A stretch of 64,000 bases of DNA from Candidatus Hecatella orcuttiae (lineage in GTDB: Archaea > Thermoproteota > Bathyarchaeia > Hecatellales > Hecatellaceae): NCBI GenBank assembly GCA_002011035.2, contig MTLY02000003.1:64001-128000 (forward strand). Reading direction: 5' to 3'. The first letter of the stretch is position 1. Every line of letters begins with the position of its first letter. The translations under genes and the position numbers were made by a program. The notes under the pieces were generated by a model that made no database searches, was not told the origin of the DNA, and saw nothing but the letters and a program-made list of their open reading frames with translations. Positions 1-8,200 of the stretch are shown in pieces.

Positions 1-1
1 G

Positions 2-1396
2 CAGCCGCTTCTTCCTTACGAATCCTGCAACCTAGGTTCCATCAACCTTTCCAAGATGGTGAAGGACGGAAACATAGACTGGGAGAGGCTGAGGGAAATT
101 GTGAGACGGGCTGTTCACTTCTTGGACAACGTCATCGACGTCAACAAATACCCGCTGCCCATTATCGAAACCATGACCAAGGGAAACCGGAAAATCGGAT
201 TGGGGGTCATGGGCTTCGCCGACATGTTGATCAAATTGGGGGTTCCCTACGACTCCCAGCGGGGGCTGGAAATCGGGGAAGCCGTCATGAGGTTCATCCA
301 AGAGGAATCCAAAGCTGCCTCCGAGGCTTTAGCCGAAGAAAGAGGGGTTTTCCCCAATTACAAGGGCAGCATCTACGATGGGGTGCGGAAGCTCAGGAAC
401 GCTACTACCACCACCGTGGCGCCTACCGGAACCCTGTCCATCATTGCCAACTGCTCCAGCGGCATCGAACCCATCTTCGCCCTGTGCTACGTTCGCAATG
501 TTCTGAGCGGGCAGAGGCTGGTGGAAGTCCACAGCCTCTTCGAGGAAACAGCCAAAAAACGAGGCTTCTACAGCTCAGCCCTCATGGAAAAAATCGCCTT
601 GAAAGGTTCTTTGAGGGGGCTGGGGGAGGTTCCGGAGGATGTGCGGAGGCTTTTTGTGACGGCCTTGGACATCGACCCCGAGTGGCATGTGCGCATGCAG
701 GCCGCCTTCCAGAAGCACGTGGACAACGCCGTCTCCAAAACCATCAACCTCCCCCACCACGCTACGGTGGAGGATGTGAAGAAAGCCTTCAAGCTGGCCT
801 ACAGCCTAGGCTGCAAAGGCATCACCATCTACCGGGACGGCAGCCGGGAAAAGCAAGTCTTAGAGAGAGGGGAAACCTCCAAGCTCAGAAGCTACATCAA
901 ACCCCGAAGCCGTCCTGAGAAAACCTATGGCGTCACCTACGAGATTGGAACAGGCTGCGGCTCCCTTTATGTGACCATCAACGAGGACGAGCGGGGCGAA
1001 CCCTTCGAAGTCTTCGCCCGCTTGGGGAAGGCAGGCGGCTGCGCCTCCGCCCAAACCGAAGGCCTGGGGAGAGCTGCCTCCACAATTCTCCGCTCAGGCA
1101 TCGACCCCTGGGAGGTGGTCAAGCATTACAAGGGGATAAGCTGCGACAGGCCCTTCAGGCTTGGCCGAAACAAGGTTCTCTCCTGCGCCGACGCTTTGGG
1201 GAAGGCTCTTGAAAAATATCTGATGGAAAAGAGTTCCTCCAAAGAGGTGAAAAGCCTCCCTGAGACTGTCCCCCCCTGGGAAGGAGAAACCACGCGGGCC
1301 GCCAACGGAGCTTGCCCTGAATGCGGAAGCCCCGTGGTCTGGGTGGAGGGCTGCAGAAAATGCATCTCCAACTGCGGATGGTCTGAGTGCGAGTAA
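2..1396 (+). CDS. nrdJ: Class II (AdoCbl-dependent) ribonucleotide reductase, 5'-truncated by window; C-terminal TSCPD domain and Zn ribbon
   Basis: Frame open from position 2 (QPLLPYESCNLGSINL); motifs RKIGLGVMG, TVAPTGTLS, VDNAVSKTIN, KGITIYRDGSR; C-terminal CPECG...EGCRKC...CGWSEC. Confidence 0.95.
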   Translation, partial: QPLLPYESCNLGSINLSKMVKDGNIDWERLREIVRRAVHFLDNVIDVNKYPLPIIETMTKGNRKIGLGVMGFADMLIKLGVPYDSQRGLEIGEAVMRFIQEESKAASEALAEERGVFPNYKGSIYDGVRKLRNATTTTVAPTGTLSIIANCSSGIEPIFALCYVRNVLSGQRLVEVHSLFEETAKKRGFYSSALMEKIALKGSLRGLGEVPEDVRRLFVTALDIDPEWHVRMQAAFQKHVDNAVSKTINLPHHATVEDVKKAFKLAYSLGCKGITIYRDGSREKQVLERGETSKLRSYIKPRSRPEKTYGVTYEIGTGCGSLYVTINEDERGEPFEVFARLGKAGGCASAQTEGLGRAASTILRSGIDPWEVVKHYKGISCDRPFRLGRNKVLSCADALGKALEKYLMEKSSSKEVKSLPETVPPWEGETTRAANGACPECGSPVVWVEGCRKCISNCGWSECE

Positions 1397-1445
1397 AGTT
1401 TTATGGGGGAGTTAACGGAAATTATCTTCTCAGGGAGCCGTAAAC

Positions 1446-1760
1446 TTGAGTTTTGAAACGCTCACCCCCCTAGCCGCTCAGCTGGGCTTCGGCGGCCTCT
1501 CCGGCTTGGTGGTAGGCTATGCCTTCAAAAAGCTGCTGAAGATACTGGTGGTGCTCGTAGGTCTTTTCTTTGTCGCCCTCATGTATCTTGCCTATGTTGA
1601 CTTCATAGAAATAAACTACGACAAAATTTCCAGAGCCTTCCAAGGTCTGATCTCAAGTCTTCAAACTGGGGACTTTACCCTCCCCACGTTTATAACCAGC
1701 AACGTGCCCTTCGCCGGAAGCTTCGTGGTAGGTTTCGGCATAGGCTTCAAGATGGGATGA
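1446..1760 (+). CDS. FUN14-family membrane protein
   Basis: QLGFGGLSGLVVGYAFKK, hydrophobic helix, INY motif, GSFVVGFGIG end. Confidence 0.85.
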   Translation: MSFETLTPLAAQLGFGGLSGLVVGYAFKKLLKILVVLVGLFFVALMYLAYVDFIEINYDKISRAFQGLISSLQTGDFTLPTFITSNVPFAGSFVVGFGIGFKMG

Positions 1761-1829
1761 TACTCCGCCAAAAATAGCTCAGCTCAACCTCAAAGGTTTA
1801 ATCCATCTCTCCGGCAGGCTTAATCTGTC

Positions 1830-3062
1830 CTATCCCCGCTTTACCGTCCCGCCTTTCTCCTTCGAGTTGAAGGCGTGGGCGATTTCCTCCACCGCGGAGA
1901 TGAACCTCTCCACGTCTTGTTGGGTGTTGTAGAGGTAGGTGGAAACCCTCACCGCCCCTTGGGGCTCCTTCAGAACCTCCCTCATAAGAGGATGAGCGCA
2001 GAGAAGCCCTGAACGGACTTCCACATCTGCGACAGAGTCCAAGAAGAGGGCTACATCATGGGGGTTGAGGTTTCCGATGTTGAAACAGGTTATGCCAACC
2101 TTCCACTCAGGCTCAGGCCCGTGGACTCTGAGGCGGGGGATCGCCTTCAAAGCCTCGTAGATTCGCAGGGTCAGGTTCCTTTCATGGGCCTCGATTTTTT
2201 CCAAGCCGATCTTCTTCAAATAATCCGCAGCCGCCCCCAAGCCTATGGCTTCCCCCACCGCCGGAGTTCCCGCCTCAAACCTCCTAGCCTTCTCCTCCAG
2301 TCGGTAGGAGGCCGTATCCACGTCGACGATGGCTCCTCCGCCCAAAAGCAGAGGCTCCACTTCCTCCATTACTTCTTCCCGGATGAAGAGGCCGCCGGAA
2401 CCCGTGGGGCCGCACATCTTGTGGCCTGAAAAAGCCAAGAAGTCGCAGCCCAGCCTTCGAACGTCAACTTGAAGGTGAGGCACCGACTGGGCACCGTCCA
2501 CCAGCATGTAGGCCCCGTGGTCGTGGGCGATTCGGGAGAACTCTTCCACGGGAAGCTTAGTTCCCAAAACGTTGGAGACCTGAGCTATGCTCACCAGCTT
2601 GGTGCGGTCGTCTACCTTTTTTTCCACCTCCGCCAACGGAACTACACCTCGGCTGTCAGGCCATAGGATTCGAAGTTCAACTCCGAACCGTTGGGCGACC
2701 CTCAGCCACACCATGTAGTTGGAATGATGCTCAGTGACCGTGGTGACGACGTTGTCTCCTTTCTCCCATGAAAGACCTAAAGAGACGGTGTTGATTCCCT
2801 CGGTGGTGTTTCGAACTAGGATCATTTCCTCGGGTTTGGCGTTGATGAACCCGGCGATTTTTTTCCGAGCCTCCTCCAGTTCCTCTGTTGCCCGCTGGGA
2901 AAGCTTGTAAAGGCCTCTGCCCACGTTGGCTCTGTATTCTCTGTAATATTCCAGCATTTTTTCCAAGACAGGTTCAGGGGTGAGGCTGGTGGATGCGCTG
3001 TCCAAGTAAACTATGCCTGTGTTCAGAATCGGGTAATCTTCCCGGATTTTTTGAACGTCCAC
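1830..3062 (-). CDS. sufS: Cysteine desulfurase, SufS type
   Basis: YLDSAST, EHHSN, DGAQS, FSGHKMCGPTG (PLP Lys), EAGTP, RSGLLCA (catalytic Cys). Confidence 0.92.
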   Translation of the reverse strand: MDVQKIREDYPILNTGIVYLDSASTSLTPEPVLEKMLEYYREYRANVGRGLYKLSQRATEELEEARKKIAGFINAKPEEMILVRNTTEGINTVSLGLSWEKGDNVVTTVTEHHSNYMVWLRVAQRFGVELRILWPDSRGVVPLAEVEKKVDDRTKLVSIAQVSNVLGTKLPVEEFSRIAHDHGAYMLVDGAQSVPHLQVDVRRLGCDFLAFSGHKMCGPTGSGGLFIREEVMEEVEPLLLGGGAIVDVDTASYRLEEKARRFEAGTPAVGEAIGLGAAADYLKKIGLEKIEAHERNLTLRIYEALKAIPRLRVHGPEPEWKVGITCFNIGNLNPHDVALFLDSVADVEVRSGLLCAHPLMREVLKEPQGAVRVSTYLYNTQQDVERFISAVEEIAHAFNSKEKGGTVKRG

Positions 3063-3252
3063 GCCGAGAGAAGGCCTCCGAAGATTATGAAAATTAAGCC
3101 TAGCAGGTTAAAAATCGTTTCTTCCTTTTCTTAAGCTCATGGAGAATTATTCCGTGGACAGGGAAGCCCCTCTTGGTAAGCGAAGGTTTAACCGTTTTCA
3201 CCTTCCCTAATAAGATAGGCTGTTAACAGCCGCTGGAAGGGTTGCTGAAACC

Positions 3253-4044
3253 TTGAGCGTGAAGGAAGTTAAACTGGTTAAAGTCAGCCTCAGAACTGAA
3301 AGCAAAGAAAGCCTCCAAGAGTTCGTCGCCACCGAAACTCCAGTAAGCCTTCATCTCAACGGCGAACATTTGGTCACCATCATGGCTTCCCCCGAGAAGT
3401 TGAAGGAACTAGCCTTAGGCTTCCTCGTCGGAGAAGGCATCGTCAAGTCGAAGGAGGATGTGCGCAGCCTAGAAGTTGAAGACTCTAAAGTGAGGGTTGA
3501 GACCCGCGGAAGCGTGGAACTGAGGGTGAAAGCCTACCAGACAACCCGGCTGGTCACCACGGCTTGCGGGAGCATCGAAGATTTCGTTCGGCTTTTAGAC
3601 CGCCTAGACCAGCCTAGGGTAAGCTCCCAGCTTAGAGTTCGCCCTGAAGTCATCCTCCAAATTGTGGGGGAGCTCAACCAGAAGGCGCAAGTCTTCAGGC
3701 TTACCGGTGGAACTCATGCCGCCTTGGTCTACTCCACAGAAGAAAATCGGACCATAGCTTTTGCGGAGGATGTAGGCCGGCATTCGGCGGTGGATAAAGT
3801 TGTGGGGGAGGCTCTCCAGTTTCAGGGAGACCTAGGCCGTTGCCTCTTAGCCAGCACCGGGAGGCTGTCAGGCGACATCGTCATGAAAGCCTCCAGAGTC
3901 GGAATCCCCATCATCTCCTCCATAGCCGGCCCCCTTTACTCGGGGGTTATGGCCGCGGAGAAGGTGGGCTCAACCTTGGTCTGCTTCGTCCGAGGCCGGA
4001 GGATGAACGTGTACACTTACCCTGAAAGGATAGCCTACCCATAA
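3253..4044 (+). CDS. fdhD: Formate dehydrogenase accessory sulfurtransferase FdhD
   Basis: TTACG, TGGTHAA, EDVGRHSAVDKVVG, STGRLS, FVRGRRMNVYT. Confidence 0.92.
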   Translation: MSVKEVKLVKVSLRTESKESLQEFVATETPVSLHLNGEHLVTIMASPEKLKELALGFLVGEGIVKSKEDVRSLEVEDSKVRVETRGSVELRVKAYQTTRLVTTACGSIEDFVRLLDRLDQPRVSSQLRVRPEVILQIVGELNQKAQVFRLTGGTHAALVYSTEENRTIAFAEDVGRHSAVDKVVGEALQFQGDLGRCLLASTGRLSGDIVMKASRVGIPIISSIAGPLYSGVMAAEKVGSTLVCFVRGRRMNVYTYPERIAYP

Positions 4045-4064
4045 AATGATAAGAATGTTTTCTT

Positions 4065-4346
4065 CTATCCCCCGCTGACCGCGGGGAGGACGGAGACTTC
4101 ATCTCCATCTTTCAATGCGGTTTCTAAGCCTTGGAGGTGTCTGATGTTTTTGCCGTTGACATAGATGTTCAGCAGCCGCCGGAGGTTCCCCGCTTGGTCG
4201 AAGACTCTGTCCTTAAATTTTTCCCCGTATCTTTCAACCAGCTGGCTTAAGGCTTCTCGGAGAGAAGAAGCTGAAACCTCCACCTCTCTCTCCCCTCGAG
4301 TTAAAGCCGTAAAGACGGATGGAAAGGAAATTTTAACCTTACCCAT
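4065..4346 (-). CDS. Ubiquitin-like sulfur carrier (MoaD/ThiS/SAMP family)
   Basis: NIYVNGKNIR...LKDGDEVSVLPAVSGG with C-terminal di-glycine. Confidence 0.92.
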   Translation of the reverse strand: MGKVKISFPSVFTALTRGEREVEVSASSLREALSQLVERYGEKFKDRVFDQAGNLRRLLNIYVNGKNIRHLQGLETALKDGDEVSVLPAVSGG

Positions 4347-4347
4347 T

Positions 4348-5610
4348 TTAGCCTTCTCCCCCTTTCAAGTCGATGATATTTTTCAGAGAATCCATCCTAG
4401 GCTCGATCTCCGTGGGTTGAGCCAGAATTTCCGAGACCGCCTCAGGAGTTTTGAGGCCGTTTCCCGTTATGTAACAGACAACCCTCTCGTCAGGTTGAAT
4501 GTCTCCCTGCTCCACCATTTTCTTTAAGGCCGCGATGACCACGCCTCCCGCAGGCTCTGCGAAGACGCCTTCTGTCTTAGCCAGAAGCTGAACACCCTCC
4601 GAAATCTCCTCATCCGTCGCATCTTCTCCTACGCCTCCACTTTCCCTTATGGTCTTCAAGGCGTAAACTCCATCCGCAGGGTCTCCGATGGCTAAGCTTT
4701 TCGCTATGGTCTCAGGGTGTTCGATGGGTGTAACCTCCAAGCTTCCAGCCTTGAAGGCTGAAACGATGGGCGCGCAGCCCGCAGGTTGAGCGCTGGAGAT
4801 TCTGACATCATTTCTGGAAATCAACCCCAGCCGGTGAAGTTCCTCAAACCCCTTGGCTATGGCGCAGAGGAGAGCGCCGCTGGCCGTGGGAACTATTACG
4901 TGGTCTGGTGGCTCCCAGTTGAGCTGCTCGCAGACCTCAAAGGCCAAGGTCTTGGAACCCTCCACATAGTAGGGTCTCATGTTGATGTTCACCAGAGCCC
5001 AGCCGTAGGTTTCACAAGCCTGAGCCGCCAAGGTGTTAGCGTCGTCGTAGGTTCCCTTTATCGCCACGATGCGGGCTCCGTAGACCGATATTTGAACTAT
5101 CTTGTTCATTTCGATGTCGCTGGGAACAAAGACGTAGCATGGAAGTCCAGCCTTCGCCGCGTGCGCAGCGGTGGCACAAGCCAAGTTGCCTGTGGAAGCG
5201 CAGCCCACTGCTTGAACTCCGAACTCCAATGCCTTGGAAACGGCGACGGAGGTAGGCCGATCCTTGAAAGAATAGGTAGGATTAACGGTGTCATCCTTGA
5301 TGTACAGGTTTTTCAAGCCTAGCATCTCAGCCAACCTACTGCTCTTGTGAAGGATGGTATATCCCGCCTCCAAGTTTACTATGTTAGCCTTATCGTTGAT
5401 GGGAAGCAGTTCAAAGTATCGCCAGAGGTTTTTAGGCTTCCCCTCGAAAGAACTCCTCCTGAGACTTAGGGAATCTAGGTCGTAGACGACTTCCAAGGGG
5501 CCGAAGCAGTCCTCGCAAGCGTAGAGTCTAACCGGTGGGTACTCTCGACCGCATTCTCTGCATTTCAAGAAGATTTTCTTTTCCAGCCCAACTCCCCACT
5601 TAGCGGTCAA
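4348..5610 (-). CDS. thrC: Threonine synthase-like PLP enzyme with N-terminal Zn ribbon
   Basis: CRECG...CEDCFGPL, NPTYSFKDR (PLP Lys), CASTGNLA, YYVEGSKT, ITGNGLK. Confidence 0.85.
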   Translation of the reverse strand: MTAKWGVGLEKKIFLKCRECGREYPPVRLYACEDCFGPLEVVYDLDSLSLRRSSFEGKPKNLWRYFELLPINDKANIVNLEAGYTILHKSSRLAEMLGLKNLYIKDDTVNPTYSFKDRPTSVAVSKALEFGVQAVGCASTGNLACATAAHAAKAGLPCYVFVPSDIEMNKIVQISVYGARIVAIKGTYDDANTLAAQACETYGWALVNINMRPYYVEGSKTLAFEVCEQLNWEPPDHVIVPTASGALLCAIAKGFEELHRLGLISRNDVRISSAQPAGCAPIVSAFKAGSLEVTPIEHPETIAKSLAIGDPADGVYALKTIRESGGVGEDATDEEISEGVQLLAKTEGVFAEPAGGVVIAALKKMVEQGDIQPDERVVCYITGNGLKTPEAVSEILAQPTEIEPRMDSLKNIIDLKGGEG

Positions 5611-5696
5611 GCCTTATAGGTTAGAGATAAAATATGCTAAATATTTAAATCTTCCCGATAATAAAATAACTATGAGTAATAATAAGGTTTCGAGCT

Positions 5697-6269
5697 ATGT
5701 CGCTGCACATTCCTTCCGGGAAAGATTTAAAAAGCCTAAGGAAGGCAGCTGGACTAACCCAAAAAGAACTGGCCCTCCACTCCAAGGTAAGTCAATCTCT
5801 TATCTCCCGAATCGAAGCAGGGACGGTGGACCCTAGGGTTTCCACCCTCAAAAAAATCTTAGATTCTATTTCTAGCATCAGGAAGGTGAAAAACGTAGCC
5901 AGCGTCATGCACCGCCCTGTCATCACCGTCCAGTCCGATGAACCTGTGAGGAAAGCTGTAAACCTCATGGAGAAACATGGAATATCCCAGCTTCCAGTTT
6001 TGGAGAAAAACGTCGTCGTAGGAAGCGTACAGGAAGGAACTCTCATCAAGAAAATCTTTCAAAGCAAAAACCCCGAAGAAGTCTTCAGGACAAAGCTGCG
6101 AAACATCATGGAGGAAGTCTTCCCAATCCTCGGGCCTAACGCTGGAATCGAGGAAGCTCTGGCAGCGCTCATCCGGGAGAAGCCTGCTGTGCTGGTCATG
6201 GATAAAGGCCGCTTGATGGGAATCATCACCAAAATGGACATCATCATGGGAATGCGTTCCAGCCGTTAA
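5697..6269 (+). CDS. XRE-type HTH plus tandem CBS domain regulator
   Basis: LRKAAGLTQKELA...SQSLISRIEAGTVDPRVSTL; CBS motifs ISQLPV and GIITKMD. Confidence 0.9.
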   Translation: MSLHIPSGKDLKSLRKAAGLTQKELALHSKVSQSLISRIEAGTVDPRVSTLKKILDSISSIRKVKNVASVMHRPVITVQSDEPVRKAVNLMEKHGISQLPVLEKNVVVGSVQEGTLIKKIFQSKNPEEVFRTKLRNIMEEVFPILGPNAGIEEALAALIREKPAVLVMDKGRLMGIITKMDIIMGMRSSR

Positions 6270-6316
6270 CCCGGTTTGGGCTAGGGATTCGAACCCACGT
6301 CCAGCTGGAAGGGCAG

Positions 6317-6526
6317 CTACATAGCTAAAGCCTTATTCCGCTCCTTAAACTTGGAAGCGGCTAAGGGTTGACGGGTAACCTGTTCTTGGTTGCTGAGCCA
6401 TCTTCGAGACCAGTTTTTCAGGCATGCTTCTGAGCAGAAAACGTAGAGTTTGTTTACGCAGCAGGTCTTCCGTGTTAAAGGCTTCTCCCGGATCTGCCTG
6501 CCGCAGACTTCGCAGCGCATCAGCAA
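6317..6526 (-). CDS. Small TRASH/YHS-like metal-binding protein
   Basis: CEVCG...KTCC...YVFCSEAC. Confidence 0.65.
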   Translation of the reverse strand: MLMRCEVCGRQIREKPLTRKTCCVNKLYVFCSEACLKNWSRRWLSNQEQVTRQPLAASKFKERNKALAM

Positions 6527-6641
6527 ACCAAAACCACCAGATGAAGTTGTGCTTTAAGTAAAAATAGTATTATGGCGGCCAACTTATAAGTTGATCATTT
6601 CCCCCAAAATGTGCTCAGCGTTCCCATCGAGGTTTTTCCCC

Positions 6642-6782
6642 TTGAACAAAAAGTGCCAACTCTGCCAAGTTAGAGTAGTTTATGCGGTGTGCAGAAGATG
6701 CGGTAAAAAAGTCTGCGAAAAATGCAGCTACCACCACGGCCTCTGCGTTCGATGCGCGAAGGACATGGGAAGAAAACGTTAG
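6642..6782 (+). CDS. Small Cys-rich zinc-finger protein (about 46 aa)
   Basis: TTG start; CQLC...CRRCGKKVCEKC...GLCVRC (four CxxC pairs). Confidence 0.6.
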   Translation: MNKKCQLCQVRVVYAVCRRCGKKVCEKCSYHHGLCVRCAKDMGRKR

Positions 6783-6840
6783 GGCGCTCCGTTGGAGTAG
6801 GCTTTTAAAAGCAGCCTAAACTATCTCCAGTAGAGAACTT

Positions 6841-7551
6841 TTGACCTTCCCCCAGCCTATAAAAAGATGGCAGAGGATGTCCACAGGTTCTCCCTCCCTA
6901 GACAAGCTTCTCCACGGCGGCTTCCCAGCCGGGCAACTGTCTCTTGTTTACGGGGAAGCAGCTTCCGGAAAGTCCACCCTCGCTCTCCAATGCTCTCTCC
7001 TCTGTGCTAAACAAGGCTTCCAAGTGCTTTACATCGACGCAGACGGCTCCCTGTCCGCCCAAAGGCTGGAGCAGATGGCCTCCAGCCCTCCACTGGAGGT
7101 TGAGCGCATAGGAATTTTCACCCCCCGCAATTTTTACCAGCAAACCGTTTTGATCGAGGGGTTGGAACGCTACATCCACCCCCGGGTAGGTTTGGTCGTC
7201 GTGGACACTGTTAACAACCTCTACCGCCTCGCAGCCTCGGAAGCCAAGCTTCTTCCAGCCTCCAACAGAGAGCTGAACAGGCAGCTTGCCTACTTGGCGC
7301 ATATTTCTAAAACCCACTCCCTGCCCGTGCTTCTCACCAGCCAAGTTCGCAGCGTTTTGGAGGAGGATTTTGAAGTCGACAAGGTGGAACCTGTAGCGAC
7401 CAGAACTCTCCGGTTCTGGGCTTCCACCATCCTACATTTGAAGCCGACCCCAAGGCCTAACGTGAAGGTCGCCTTTCTGGAGAAGCTTAACGGCCGCCCC
7501 CGTTCTCGGCTTTTCTGCCACCTCCGCATCTCCGGCCAAGGCTTAGAATAA
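6841..7551 (+). CDS. radB: DNA repair protein RadB
   Basis: STGSPSLDKLLHGG, GEAASGKS Walker A, YIDAD, VVVD, short RecA fold without N-terminal HhH domain. Confidence 0.85.
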   Translation: MTFPQPIKRWQRMSTGSPSLDKLLHGGFPAGQLSLVYGEAASGKSTLALQCSLLCAKQGFQVLYIDADGSLSAQRLEQMASSPPLEVERIGIFTPRNFYQQTVLIEGLERYIHPRVGLVVVDTVNNLYRLAASEAKLLPASNRELNRQLAYLAHISKTHSLPVLLTSQVRSVLEEDFEVDKVEPVATRTLRFWASTILHLKPTPRPNVKVAFLEKLNGRPRSRLFCHLRISGQGLE

Positions 7552-7555
7552 GCTG

Positions 7556-7996
7556 TTAGGGAGATGCTATCTTAAGCTGCAGGAGCATCTGAGCTCCGAA
7601 TAAGCCTAAGGCAAAAAGGATAATGCCCACTGCCAAAGGCAGGGAAGAGCGTCTTAGTCGGTGGTTTTCCCTCAAGCCATGATAGGCCATGTATCCACCG
7701 GCAACACCTAAGGTTAAGAAAAACATGAAAAGAATACCCTCCGCCAAAGTCTGCTCACCTATCTGACCTGGCACCATAAAGGCCGGACCTCCTCTAAGGG
7801 AGATCAGCAGCGGAGGCCCCTTCACCACCATGTACAGTCCCCCGGCTAGGAGGAAGAGGACGGCGGCGATGAGGAGGAAAAGAGCCAGCTGGGGGATGAA
7901 ACTTGGATACTTCACTTCGAAGATGGGAGGCCGGCCGAACTTTTTCGCGAATTTGGCTCTTTTAGCTTTTCTTCTTCTGGAGAACATGGGCGGCAA
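7556..7996 (-). CDS. Three-TM membrane protein resembling OST3/OST6/OSTC(DC2) oligosaccharyltransferase subunits
   Basis: FLLAGGLY..V..PP...PAF......EQTLAEGI...F...G..G pattern. Confidence 0.55.
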   Translation of the reverse strand: MPPMFSRRRKAKRAKFAKKFGRPPIFEVKYPSFIPQLALFLLIAAVLFLLAGGLYMVVKGPPLLISLRGGPAFMVPGQIGEQTLAEGILFMFFLTLGVAGGYMAYHGLRENHRLRRSSLPLAVGIILFALGLFGAQMLLQLKIASP

Positions 7997-8195
7997 CCTC
8001 CTTCACCCAGCTTCCCGTATTAGGGTTGTTCATCACTTCCCGGAGGTAGGTTTCCCAGTCGACTTCCATGGCGGCCTGCCATTGTTTAAAGGTTTCCTTC
8101 AGGTTTCGGTAGGCTAAGCTGTGGCGGTCGCAGTAGGAGTCTTCAGGTAAAGCCTCTCTAGAACAGGCGGGGCATTTCCTCTCCGGTTTCTCCAC
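7962..8195 (-). CDS. Small hypothetical protein with CxxC...CxxH motif
   Basis: CPAC...YCDRH; starts 5 nt after the topA stop and overlaps the next gene. Confidence 0.65.
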   Translation of the reverse strand: MEKPERKCPACSREALPEDSYCDRHSLAYRNLKETFKQWQAAMEVDWETYLREVMNNPNTGSWVKEVAAHVLQKKKS

Positions 8196-8200
8196 TCCCC

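Noticed and set aside
6279-6300. tRNA T-arm-like GGGTTCGAATCCC on the minus strand
   Set aside because: Only a 3-bp T-stem; no acceptor, D or anticodon arms could be built; at most a relic or chance match
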